Made by a program: the position numbers and the translations under genes
Shown here: positions 17,230 to 26,668 of the stretch, piece after piece
How the letters are laid out: every line of letters starts with the position of its first letter
Numbering within the stretch: the first letter of the stretch is position 1
Source of the DNA: an uncultured Treponema sp.
Lineage (GTDB): Bacteria; Spirochaetota; Spirochaetia; Treponematales; Treponemataceae
Reading direction: 5' to 3'
Assembly (NCBI GenBank): GCA_964482455.1
Contig: CAYZXM010000002.1
Location: 4,544 to 68,543 of the forward strand
DNA length: 64,000 nucleotides
Notes under the pieces: generated by a model
What the model was told of the DNA's origin: nothing
What the model saw: only the letters and a program-made list of their open reading frames with translations
The model's database searches: none

Positions 17230-17931
17230 TTATAATTCAGATTTAATAAGAACAATATTTCTTTCTCTTTCATCGTTTTTATCAGTTTTTTCAGTAAGAA
17301 ACGGCACATACAGTTTTTCAACTGAAAAGTTAAGTTTTAAATCTTTTAAAGAATTCATTTCTGCATAAATATTTTCTGTCTTTGCCTTATATGCTAAAAG
17401 AATTCCATCTTTTTTAATAAGAGAAAGCAGCGTTTTTGTCATTTTTTTGTCTAATGGTCTAAATGCTCTAAAAGTTGCAACGTCAAAACTTTCTGCAGGA
17501 ACTTTTTCTGCTTCTTTTTTTAGAACTGTAACATTTTTTAAGCCACAAATCGCTGCACAATTTTCTAAAAATGCACAACGTTTATCCATTCGCTCTACAA
17601 GTGTAAAATCAAACTGGGGAAAAACTATCGCAAGCGGAATTCCTGGTAAGCCTCCACCAGAACCAATATCTGCAATCTTAAATTTTTCATCATTATTTTT
17701 TTGCTTAAAATCGTTATAAATCTGTAAAAAGATTTTATAAGGTGCAAGGCTATCTAAAATATGATTAACTACGATTTCATCATAATCGCTTGTATTTGTA
17801 AGATTATATGCACTATTAAAAAGTATTATTTCTTTAATGTATTTATCAAGTTTAGTGCAAATTTCATTTTGGTTTTCAGATAAAATACCAATTTTTTCAA
17901 GTCCATTTTCTAATTTAAAAAGATTGTTCAT
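17230..17931 (-). CDS. rsmG: 16S rRNA (guanine527-N7)-methyltransferase
   Basis: SAM-binding motif DIGSGGGLPGIPLAI and GidB-family length. AAGGA followed by ATG 17931 is preferred over TTG 17955. Confidence 0.85.
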   Translation of the reverse strand: MNNLFKLENGLEKIGILSENQNEICTKLDKYIKEIILFNSAYNLTNTSDYDEIVVNHILDSLAPYKIFLQIYNDFKQKNNDEKFKIADIGSGGGLPGIPLAIVFPQFDFTLVERMDKRCAFLENCAAICGLKNVTVLKKEAEKVPAESFDVATFRAFRPLDKKMTKTLLSLIKKDGILLAYKAKTENIYAEMNSLKDLKLNFSVEKLYVPFLTEKTDKNDERERNIVLIKSEL

Positions 17932-17963
17932 TTTTTCCTTAATGTTAAATTTCAATAATGCTT

Positions 17964-18980
17964 TTAATCTTCACCAATATCCAATAAAAAGTCCAAATTC
18001 CAATTTTCACCTTGATATTTTACAGAAACCAAATTTCCTGTTTTTTGTGCTTTTAATTTTGGCTTTTTTGAAAGTTCATAAAGAATCGATTTTTCATTTT
18101 TATTATCTTGAATTAATTCAGGTTCAACATAATATCCGGCTAAAGTTCCACAATTTCCATCCGCTCTAAACAAAAAATAAAAAGTTTCGCTTCTAGTTTT
18201 TTCATCATCAATATATTTTCTATCACCAGTCAAAAGAAAAGAACCATCGTTTTCCTTTTTGCTAAAATAAACTGTCCTAATTGTATCTTTTAAATTACAG
18301 CCATTAATTACAAATCTTAAAATTGAAGGATAAAACTTTGTTAAATTATTAGTTTTTAAATCCCCATTTTTTTCTCCAGAACCAGAAATCGTTACCGGAA
18401 TACTCACTTTTTTTATTGCATTTGTATTTTTTTTAGTTTCTTCTTTTAATTCTGCAAGTTGTTCAATAATCGAATTTAAAAGAACAGCATTAGAATTAGA
18501 ATCATTTGCTGAATATTTATTTAAAATCTCAGAAGAATTTCCAAAAAGAGAATAGATTCCGTCAAAAAGACCATTTATTCCAAGAGATGAAACATCATTT
18601 GCCGAAAGATAATCTAGTGCAAGTGACTTATTTACAGAAGAAACACTTTTTTTTGCGTCTTCTACATTAGTTTTGTCAATCATAACAGTATTTTGCTTTA
18701 ATTTTGCTGCTTCAGAGTTTTCATTTCCATTAGAAATATTTGTATTTATCATTCCTGGCGTATAAAATTTTGTGCCAAAAGACGGAGCATTAATTTTTGG
18801 CATAACAGGACTTTCTAACGAAGAAATACTAGAAATAGACGGCATTGACGGAAAAGTCGGCGTGCTTACTTTTTCAGAAGTAGTTTTTGCAGAAGATTGT
18901 GCATATGCAACTGCAAAAAAACAGAAAAAAACAGAATATGCAAAATGTTTTTTACATACTTGCAAGACTTTCCTCCACAT
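17964..18980 (-). CDS. Hypothetical secreted protein (signal peptide, Ser/Asn-rich N-terminal half)
   Basis: Signal-like N-terminus MWRKVLQVCKKHFAYSVFFCFFAVAYAQ. An alternative start is TTG 18965, just after GGAGGA. No recognisable domain. Confidence 0.6.
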   Translation of the reverse strand: MWRKVLQVCKKHFAYSVFFCFFAVAYAQSSAKTTSEKVSTPTFPSMPSISSISSLESPVMPKINAPSFGTKFYTPGMINTNISNGNENSEAAKLKQNTVMIDKTNVEDAKKSVSSVNKSLALDYLSANDVSSLGINGLFDGIYSLFGNSSEILNKYSANDSNSNAVLLNSIIEQLAELKEETKKNTNAIKKVSIPVTISGSGEKNGDLKTNNLTKFYPSILRFVINGCNLKDTIRTVYFSKKENDGSFLLTGDRKYIDDEKTRSETFYFLFRADGNCGTLAGYYVEPELIQDNKNEKSILYELSKKPKLKAQKTGNLVSVKYQGENWNLDFLLDIGED

Positions 18981-19767
18981 ATTCAAGACGTTGTGTAAGT
19001 TGAGCAATCGTTTTTTCAAGCCGATTTTTTTCCTTTTCTAGTTTTCCACGTGCATCAAGTTTTACACTAGCACCAGCTTTTTGTTTCATCATCTCTCGTA
19101 CAGAAGCAGGACTTTTACCATCAAGAAATTCTTTTTCAACTTCTTGTCTATCATCCTTTTTGCGAACAGATGCAACAACTTTCATATTTTCAAAACCAAT
19201 TGCCGGGTTTACATCTACCCGGCCAACCTTTTGAATATCTTTTGCCGTATTACGTGGAAGACACAAAACTCTATCTATGTAATCTTCATAACGAATATTT
19301 GCCCTTTCGCAAAGTTCATGAGCCTTTATCAAAAGCTTTCCAAATTCCTGCATCATTTTGCCGTTTGCTTCAAGATATTCTTTTTTTATCTTTTCAGTAA
19401 GTTCAAAAAGTTCCTTATCATTTTCCCATTCTAGTTTATAATAGCCCTTTTCTTCTGCGATAAGAAGAAGATCGTTAAACTTTGCCCAAAAATGCTGATT
19501 ATGAACTTTTGCATTATAAACTGTTCCAGCATTACCAGTTGTATTTAAAAGTTCTTCTGACTGCAAATGATGGGTATATTCATGCACTGCAGTGTATATA
19601 AGTTGATTATCGTTTTTAAAATTCTTATTGTGCAAAAAAATTTCATGTGTATCTGGCATATAAAAACCATTTACACGTTTACTTTCTTTTCCAGTTTGAG
19701 TAACTGTAAAATCCAATTCCGTTGGTGCAATATCAATTAAAATCTCTTTTATTTTTGCATTATCCAT
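18952..19767 (-). CDS. Hypothetical protein with SprT-like HExxH zinc-metalloprotease motif and C-terminal coiled coil
   Basis: GFYMPDTHEIFLHNKN...LIYTAVHEYTHHLQ (HExxH). The C-terminal segment KLEKEKNRLEKTIAQLTQRLEYVEESL has heptad-like character. Confidence 0.55.
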   Translation of the reverse strand: MDNAKIKEILIDIAPTELDFTVTQTGKESKRVNGFYMPDTHEIFLHNKNFKNDNQLIYTAVHEYTHHLQSEELLNTTGNAGTVYNAKVHNQHFWAKFNDLLLIAEEKGYYKLEWENDKELFELTEKIKKEYLEANGKMMQEFGKLLIKAHELCERANIRYEDYIDRVLCLPRNTAKDIQKVGRVDVNPAIGFENMKVVASVRKKDDRQEVEKEFLDGKSPASVREMMKQKAGASVKLDARGKLEKEKNRLEKTIAQLTQRLEYVEESLASM

Positions 19768-19815
19768 TTTATTCAGCTCTTTTATAAAAATCTTCTTTTA
19801 CAATATTATAAGAAA

Positions 19816-21792
19816 TTACGATTTTTTTGTCATAGCAGCACGAATTTGTGAAGCAAAAAGTTTATTTTGATCATTTCGTTCTGGTACAGAAAATTTTGGT
19901 TTTCCATCTTCTTCAGAAATTCTATAAATATGATTAGGGCTTGTTGTGTATGCTGGACTTTCAGGATTATTAATCCACCAGTCAAGAACAGCAATTATAC
20001 AAAGCGTGTATTTTAAAAGATTTGCATTATTTGCATTTGTGTTTGCAGTAACATTACTTGCACCAAGCAACGTATCAAGTCTTTTTGAAATTTCATTTGA
20101 AATATCAAACTTATAATGTTCCCAAGGATTTTGAATCATAGAAACATCTCCGTGTGTAGATGCAACTTTATCGCAAAGACTTACAGCTTCACTAAAATAA
20201 TGGCGTGCAAAATCTGTGCGGAAAAATAGTGGGCGATACTTACTTTCATCTTGTGGGCGTTCCAAAATAAGCTGGTCAAACTTAAAATGCGGTAAATAAT
20301 GCCATTGAACTTGCCACAAAAGAGAAGTAATTAATTTTTTTCCAAATTGAGAACTTTCATAATCATCCTGTGAATAAATCTGATTTACAAGATTATTTAA
20401 CGGCTCGCAATAAAGTCGTTCAAAAACATTTTCCCTATAAGCCGACCAATCATCCATAACAGCAGTAATCGAATCTTTATTTTTTTCAGAAGATTCCACC
20501 GTAGTTTTTATAAAATTAATATTTCTGCAACCTACAAAACAATCTTCAAGAATTCTAATAAGAACTAATGTAACTTGTAATGGATTTTCTGGACTAAGAA
20601 CATTAAAACCATCTGCAAAATGATAAAGCGGCTGAAAATATGGATACATATCCGGGTGATTTTCCAAATGTGCAAATCCTGCCTGCGGAAAAAGTTGATC
20701 CAAAAGTTTTATGCCAGTTACAACAATCTGATCTTTTACGCCTTTTTCCTGTTTTAAAACTGTATTTTTTTGTTTTGTTTCCTCTTCAACTTTTACAGTT
20801 TTTGTTTTTTCAGGAAGAAGAAGATCAAATTTATGCAATCCTACAAATTTTAGTATATCCGCAACTTTAATTTTGAAAAAATCTGGATAACCTTCAAAAG
20901 TATCAGAACACATTCGCATTAAAAGCGGATAGCATTTTTTTATAATTTCATTTTGAATATAAAGCCAATCTGTAATTGCTTCTTTTGCAAGCGAAGAAAG
21001 TTTTTCTTTTGGTGAATCTGCATAAGCAATTTCATCTGTATAAATTTCTTTAATAAGTTTTGGAATTTTATTTTCACCGTAATAATAAACTTGAATCAAA
21101 AGTTTATAAATAGAACGAATATATGGAATTAAATCTTGAACAACGTAGGGTTGTGGTAAATCCATAAGTTCAATATGCGAAAGTTTTACGGTTTGCATTG
21201 TCCAGCCGGCAATCATTCTTAAAAATTTGAATTTCGTTTCTGTTCCATTTGCAATTTTTGCTTTATAAGACGCTGGAGCAATTTGAATAAGAGTTTTTAT
21301 TACCGTTATAAAAGATGAAAGATTATCTATATGATGTTTTAATGTTACTGTACAAAATTCTGTAACAACTTGTTCGTGTCCATTCTGCTGAAAATATTTT
21401 ATAAAATTAAAAAAGCCGTAATTTGGTTTAATTCCATACTCACTGCTCATCATAAGTTTATCAAACAATGCACTAAGTTTTGGTGGAATTTGAAGAAGGT
21501 CTTCCTGTCGCTTTCTGTTCCCAGTTCCTTGATGTTCCGACTTTTGACCATTGGAAGATGATGAGGATTCCTGCTTTCCAGAAGAATTTTGTCTTATAAT
21601 ACGACCTGTTCCCTTTACTGATTTTGTATTTTGCGAAGTTTTTTCTGAACGTTCATACATAACTTCTCCCCCTAATTTTTTGGACATCATTTCAGCCTCT
21701 CCTGGTTGTAACTGACCAATTGCTTTTCTAGTTCTATCTAATGTTCCAGGAGCCCAATCTGCCTGTTTTGAAATTATTCCATCATCTTTCAT
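19816..21792 (-). CDS. Hypothetical protein, 658 aa, no recognisable domain
   Basis: Long ORF with a GGGGGA RBS 10 nt upstream of ATG 21792. It has a Ser/Gln/Lys-rich low-complexity stretch (aa ~45-95). I see no P-loop, metal or catalytic motif. Confidence 0.6.
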   Translation of the reverse strand: MKDDGIISKQADWAPGTLDRTRKAIGQLQPGEAEMMSKKLGGEVMYERSEKTSQNTKSVKGTGRIIRQNSSGKQESSSSSNGQKSEHQGTGNRKRQEDLLQIPPKLSALFDKLMMSSEYGIKPNYGFFNFIKYFQQNGHEQVVTEFCTVTLKHHIDNLSSFITVIKTLIQIAPASYKAKIANGTETKFKFLRMIAGWTMQTVKLSHIELMDLPQPYVVQDLIPYIRSIYKLLIQVYYYGENKIPKLIKEIYTDEIAYADSPKEKLSSLAKEAITDWLYIQNEIIKKCYPLLMRMCSDTFEGYPDFFKIKVADILKFVGLHKFDLLLPEKTKTVKVEEETKQKNTVLKQEKGVKDQIVVTGIKLLDQLFPQAGFAHLENHPDMYPYFQPLYHFADGFNVLSPENPLQVTLVLIRILEDCFVGCRNINFIKTTVESSEKNKDSITAVMDDWSAYRENVFERLYCEPLNNLVNQIYSQDDYESSQFGKKLITSLLWQVQWHYLPHFKFDQLILERPQDESKYRPLFFRTDFARHYFSEAVSLCDKVASTHGDVSMIQNPWEHYKFDISNEISKRLDTLLGASNVTANTNANNANLLKYTLCIIAVLDWWINNPESPAYTTSPNHIYRISEEDGKPKFSVPERNDQNKLFASQIRAAMTKKS

Positions 21793-21808
21793 AAAACTAA
21801 TTTCCCCC

Positions 21809-22882
21809 TTACAGCCGAATATGACTCTTTTTTACTATTCCAGGACAATTTTTTAAAACAATTTTCTCTCCACTTTCAGAAACAAGAACACCTTCAAAAA
21901 AACCGTAAATCGTCGTGTACGCATTACGCATTATAATAATATTTAAAGTCCGACTATTTAACGAAGTAGGATTAAACACTAAATCAACCATTCCTTCTGT
22001 ATCTTGTACAACCCATTTTTTTTCAATACCAAAAGGATGAGTTATTTGAACTGGTGGCATTGCCGTAATTTTTCCATCTACAGAAAGCATATCATTATTA
22101 TACGAATCTTCATCCGTTGCCATATAACTTGTATTTTCAAATGAAAACACAACATCTTTTCCGTCAATATTTGCCATTCCGTACATAACTTCAACAGAAG
22201 ATCTTGGCTTTAAATATGTTCGATTTAATACAAAAAGCCCAAGCCCTTTTCCACAAGGAATCTGTTTTATATGATGCCGATGTTTTCCAGTATTTAATCC
22301 ACCTTCAAGATTCAAAGGAACAAACCATGTAGCAGAACATCTTTGCATTGTTGGTGCAGGATTAACAAAAAGAACTTCATTTTCGTTATTTCTGTCTAAA
22401 TTTATTTGTGCATAATATTTTGCTTTTGCTGCAGGACGAAATTTATCACCACGAACTATAAAATCAAGTAAGATTTTTTTACGTTTTCTATTCCAACCAA
22501 TTTTTATATAACGAGTTTTAGCAAATGTATTGCAAGATGCTTCTTCTGCATTAATAGGAACAAACCGTCGTCTTGGCCCCATAAAACTATGATAGGCAAG
22601 TTTCTGACCATTTTCTTTATTCCAAAAAATAACTTCGGCAAGCCCAAACGCCTTGTCATCAAAAAATTCAGCAAGTCCTATATAATTTTCTACAGCAAAA
22701 ATAAAGCATACACGACTTTTTATTCTAAAGTTAGAGAAAAATGTAGAAGTTGGAACACCTGCAAACGGAGCCTTTAAGCCACGAATATCTACCGTATCAG
22801 AAACCCCGAAAAAAGAACCGAAATTTATTTTTCCGTTCTGAATAATTTTAACTGGTGCTTTTACTAACGGTCTAGAATACAC
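21809..22882 (-). CDS. Hypothetical protein, possibly DUF2804 family
   Basis: 357 aa with a GTG start preceded by AAGGAAAA. The overall length and the block ...FAVENYIGLAEFFDDKAFGLAEVIFWNKENGQ... resemble my memory of DUF2804, which I could not verify. Confidence 0.45.
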   Translation of the reverse strand: MYSRPLVKAPVKIIQNGKINFGSFFGVSDTVDIRGLKAPFAGVPTSTFFSNFRIKSRVCFIFAVENYIGLAEFFDDKAFGLAEVIFWNKENGQKLAYHSFMGPRRRFVPINAEEASCNTFAKTRYIKIGWNRKRKKILLDFIVRGDKFRPAAKAKYYAQINLDRNNENEVLFVNPAPTMQRCSATWFVPLNLEGGLNTGKHRHHIKQIPCGKGLGLFVLNRTYLKPRSSVEVMYGMANIDGKDVVFSFENTSYMATDEDSYNNDMLSVDGKITAMPPVQITHPFGIEKKWVVQDTEGMVDLVFNPTSLNSRTLNIIIMRNAYTTIYGFFEGVLVSESGEKIVLKNCPGIVKKSHIRL

Positions 22883-23004
22883 GAATTTTCCTTATTATTA
22901 AAAATATTTCGTTTTTAAATATACCTTTATTATATAGGAATATGTGCTAGTTGGGAATCTAAAAAAACAGATTTTGATATTGCAGATTTTAATGTTTTTT
23001 ATTT

Positions 23005-23574
23005 TTATCTTTCGTATGTTTTTAAAATTGATTCAGCAGTTTGAAGACGACTTTGCCTTAAATTCATTGCTTGTTTTTCAATATATTTGTGCGCCTGAGC
23101 CTCTGTCATTTGTAAATATTGAATTAAAATACACTTTGCCCTATCTATTAAACGAATTTCATCAATCTTCTTTTTAAGTTTTACATTTTCGTTTTCTAAG
23201 AATTGAGTTCTCTTTCTGCTGGCGATTAAAAGTTTTACTGCCTGATAAAAGAATTCCGGACTTATTGGTTTTGGCAAAACAAAAACCCCTGCATCTTCTA
23301 TTTCTGCACTTATATCATAAATTCTATCATTATTAACAATTAAAATAATTCCAGAATCCGTTTGTTCCGCTGCATAAAGAGAAAAATCATCACCAAATTC
23401 ATCAGGCAAAGGAGAATCTACAATAATTAAATCAAAATGATCCGAAATTAAATTACGACGTGCCTCTGCACAATTCTGAGCCGTTACAATTCTGCTAAAT
23501 GCCTGAGAATTCAATAAACTAGAAATAATTCCAAGAGTCATATTTGTATTAGAAACTATTAAAACCGAATCCAT
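23005..23574 (-). CDS. ANTAR-domain response regulator (REC + RNA-binding antiterminator output)
   Basis: REC domain (DLIIVDSPLPDE) and a C-terminal ANTAR helix bundle (IDRAKCILIQYLQMTEAQAHKYIEKQAMNLRQSRLQTAESIL). Confidence 0.85.
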   Translation of the reverse strand: MDSVLIVSNTNMTLGIISSLLNSQAFSRIVTAQNCAEARRNLISDHFDLIIVDSPLPDEFGDDFSLYAAEQTDSGIILIVNNDRIYDISAEIEDAGVFVLPKPISPEFFYQAVKLLIASRKRTQFLENENVKLKKKIDEIRLIDRAKCILIQYLQMTEAQAHKYIEKQAMNLRQSRLQTAESILKTYER

Positions 23575-23595
23575 TAATTTTTAATTTCCAATAAT

Positions 23596-24834
23596 TTATT
23601 CTTCAAGATTAGCAAATGCTTTTAATGTAACATCTGGTAAAATTCGTTTAACAAAATCACTTTGCAAAGCAAGTTTTAATGCCTGCGGTAAAGTTTCAGG
23701 CAATGTTTTTACATTTTTTAATTCTTTTGATTTTGCATTAAATGTATCAATATCAAGTTCTGGCGAAAGTGGAGTTTTGTTTTCTATACCTTCAAAACCA
23801 GCGGCAAGAATTAAAGCAATCGCTGCATATTGGTTACAACTTGGATCTGGAGAACGGATTTCCATTCTGCTTCTATTTTTTTCTGCAGTTAAAGGAATGC
23901 GTATAAGCTGACTTCTGTTTGCACGACTCCAGCCAATGTAAAAAGGTGCTTCAAAATGACCAAAACGTTTATAGGAATTTTCATTTGGATTTAAAAATGC
24001 CGTAATCTCCCTGATTCGTTCCATAACTCCAGCAATAAAATACTTTGCTTCATCTTCAAAATCTGCAAATAGATTCCTATTGTCTTTTTCTATAGAAATA
24101 TTTATATGCAAACCGTTTCCTGGTTTATCTTCGATAGGTTTTCCATCTAAATTTGCTTCTAAGCCGTTTCTTGCAGCAATAGAACGAACAACAGTTTTAA
24201 AAGTTGCAAGATTATCCGCAGCCTTTAACGGCGAAGCATAAACAAAATCAACTTCATGCTGACCAGGACCTGCTTCGTGATGACTTACTTCTGGCTTAAT
24301 TCCCATTTGTTCAAGAGTTATGCAAATTTCCCTACGAACATTTTCACCCTTATCCAACGGAGCAAGATCGCAATAACCAGCGTTATCATGCGGAATATTT
24401 GTTGGATTTCCTTTTTCGTCTAACTGAAAAAGATAAAATTCACACTCAGTGCCAATATTTATCGTATATCCTTTTTTTTCTGCTTTTTCTACAACTTTAC
24501 AAAGAAGATTTCGAGTATCTCCTTCAAATGCTTTTCCATCTGGATATTTTATATTGCAATAAAAACGAACAACTCTTCCCTGTTGCGGTCGCCACGGCAA
24601 TACTGAAAGTGTGCTTGCATCTGGCACAAGATATAAATCACTTTGATTTACGCCTAAAAAACCTTTTACAGCACTTGCATCAAAAGAAATTCCAGAAGAA
24701 AACGCTCTTTCCAATTCACTTGGTTGAATAGATATGCTTTTTATAGTTCCAAAAATATCCGTAAAAAATAATTTTATGAATTTTACATCATTTTCTTCTA
24801 TGTAAGTAAGAACTTCTTTTTCTGTATATTCCAT
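23596..24834 (-). CDS. glnA: Glutamine synthetase, type I
   Basis: GS beta-grasp N-terminus (DVKFIKLFFTDIFG) and catalytic blocks (HHEAGPGQHEVDF, KPGNGLHINIS, SYKRFG..EAP, NRSRMEIRSPD). GGAGGA followed by ATG 24834 is preferred over ATG 24870. Confidence 0.9.
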   Translation of the reverse strand: MEYTEKEVLTYIEENDVKFIKLFFTDIFGTIKSISIQPSELERAFSSGISFDASAVKGFLGVNQSDLYLVPDASTLSVLPWRPQQGRVVRFYCNIKYPDGKAFEGDTRNLLCKVVEKAEKKGYTINIGTECEFYLFQLDEKGNPTNIPHDNAGYCDLAPLDKGENVRREICITLEQMGIKPEVSHHEAGPGQHEVDFVYASPLKAADNLATFKTVVRSIAARNGLEANLDGKPIEDKPGNGLHINISIEKDNRNLFADFEDEAKYFIAGVMERIREITAFLNPNENSYKRFGHFEAPFYIGWSRANRSQLIRIPLTAEKNRSRMEIRSPDPSCNQYAAIALILAAGFEGIENKTPLSPELDIDTFNAKSKELKNVKTLPETLPQALKLALQSDFVKRILPDVTLKAFANLEE

Positions 24835-24906
24835 AAATCCTCCAAACGAAGTATTAAAATTATACTTCATCTTTAAAAAAAAATCAGTATCAACTAAACT
24901 AGAATT

Positions 24907-26145
24907 ATGAAAATAAAAGTGACCTTAAAAAATACAATTATTACAATTGTTTGTGCAATTTTTATTCTTATTGCATTTATGTTCTTATTAATCTCTATTG
25001 CAAGTAAAAAGCCTACCGCTGCATTTTATGGAATAAGTGATACAACTCAGAAAAAAATTACAGAAGTGCTTCAAACTACTTATTCTAGAAAAAATAAAAG
25101 ATCTCTTCCGTTCAATGTAGTTACACTAGACAATTCAATTTCATTAGAAAGAGCTTTAAAAAAACAAAAAGCAGACATTCTTTTTATTTATTCTGGAAAG
25201 AATGCAGAATACGCAGAAAAAATTGCATTAAAAAAGCATACAACTTTCGATTCTTCTGTTTTAAATGGAATGACATCTTCTGTAAAAAAAACAATTTCTA
25301 TTCAAAATGGAAAAATAGGAGCCGTTCCTCTTCTTATTGATCATTGGGAACTTAACGTTAATACAGAAAAATTTAATGCAAGCAAAATAAAAAATCTGAA
25401 TAATCTTGATGATTTAGAAAAACTTGCAAGAATAACAAAATCTTCAACACCTTTACCAATTATTTTTGCTGGTGGCGAAAATGAATCGCTTATAAACTTT
25501 TTTGGAGCACTTACAGAAGCCGTTTCTGGAAAAGAAGCATATCTTAACGGTAAAAAAACAATTGAAGAACTTATAAATTCAGGAAAAGCAAATTACAACT
25601 CTTATACAGAAACTTTAAAAGAATTAATAAAAGATGGAAATGCTTATAATGAAACTTACAAACTTTTAAAAAGTTGGATGCAAAAGGAACTTCTTCCTAA
25701 AAATATATATCAAATGAACACCCGAGACATAAAAATTATGATGCAAGGTGATGTTACAACTGCAGTATTTTTACCACTTTCTGAACATAGAACTATTGAA
25801 CGTTCTACAATTTCAAAGTTCAGCACAGTTTTTATTCCTTCAAAAGATGAAAAACAAGAAAGAACTTTTTCTGCACCTATTATTTATGGAATTTCTTTAA
25901 AAAAGAATAAAATTGCAAAAAATGCGATTACACAAATGGCAACAGACTTACAGCCACGCCTTACTATCGGAACAGGACTTGCACCTGTAAAAAGCAACAG
26001 TTCAGTTCCTGATATTCAAGCTGATGATGTAAGATATTGGGTAGCCGCTTCTAATACGCCATTTCCTGCATTAGCAGATTCACTTTTTACAACGAAAAGC
26101 CAGAAATCTGCCTTTGCAGAAGCACTTCGTACAATTTTAAGTTAA
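24907..26145 (+). CDS. Hypothetical membrane-anchored protein (single N-terminal TM, large extracytoplasmic domain)
   Basis: TM helix IITIVCAIFILIAFMFLLISI followed by ~380 aa with a vaguely solute-binding-protein-like composition. No motif I can name. Confidence 0.5.
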   Translation: MKIKVTLKNTIITIVCAIFILIAFMFLLISIASKKPTAAFYGISDTTQKKITEVLQTTYSRKNKRSLPFNVVTLDNSISLERALKKQKADILFIYSGKNAEYAEKIALKKHTTFDSSVLNGMTSSVKKTISIQNGKIGAVPLLIDHWELNVNTEKFNASKIKNLNNLDDLEKLARITKSSTPLPIIFAGGENESLINFFGALTEAVSGKEAYLNGKKTIEELINSGKANYNSYTETLKELIKDGNAYNETYKLLKSWMQKELLPKNIYQMNTRDIKIMMQGDVTTAVFLPLSEHRTIERSTISKFSTVFIPSKDEKQERTFSAPIIYGISLKKNKIAKNAITQMATDLQPRLTIGTGLAPVKSNSSVPDIQADDVRYWVAASNTPFPALADSLFTTKSQKSAFAEALRTILS

Positions 26146-26147
26146 TT

Positions 26148-26621
26148 TTATAACTGTTTTATAACGTTTACCATTTCTATTGCACCAAGTGCACAGTCGT
26201 ATCCTTTGTTACCAGCCTTTGAACCAGAGCGTTCAATGGCTTGCTCAATGTTTTCTGTTGTAATAACACCAAACATAACTGGAACACCATTTTTAATTCC
26301 CGCTTGAGCAACACCTTTAGATACTTCTGCACAAACATAGTCATAATGACTTGTTGAACCACGTATTACAGCACCTACTGCAATTATTGCATCATATTTT
26401 CCACTTGCAGCCATTTTGTCTGCAATCACAGGAATTTCAAACGCACCAGGTACCCAAACTGCTGTGATGTTCTTATCTTCTACTCCATGACGCACAAGAC
26501 CATCAATCGCTCCACCTAATAATTTATTCACAATAATTTCATTAAAACGGGAAGCAACAATTCCTACCTTCATATTTGCCGGAGCAACAAGATTTCCTTC
26601 TACAAGTTTAATTTCTTTCAT
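26148..26621 (-). CDS. ribH: 6,7-dimethyl-8-ribityllumazine synthase
   Basis: 157 aa; [20 protein letters not shown] and WVPGAFEIP are hallmark blocks. Confidence 0.9.
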   Translation of the reverse strand: MKEIKLVEGNLVAPANMKVGIVASRFNEIIVNKLLGGAIDGLVRHGVEDKNITAVWVPGAFEIPVIADKMAASGKYDAIIAVGAVIRGSTSHYDYVCAEVSKGVAQAGIKNGVPVMFGVITTENIEQAIERSGSKAGNKGYDCALGAIEMVNVIKQL

Positions 26622-26668
26622 ATACCACCTTTCTTTTATAGCATTCTATGCCAAAGTTTTTACTAAAA

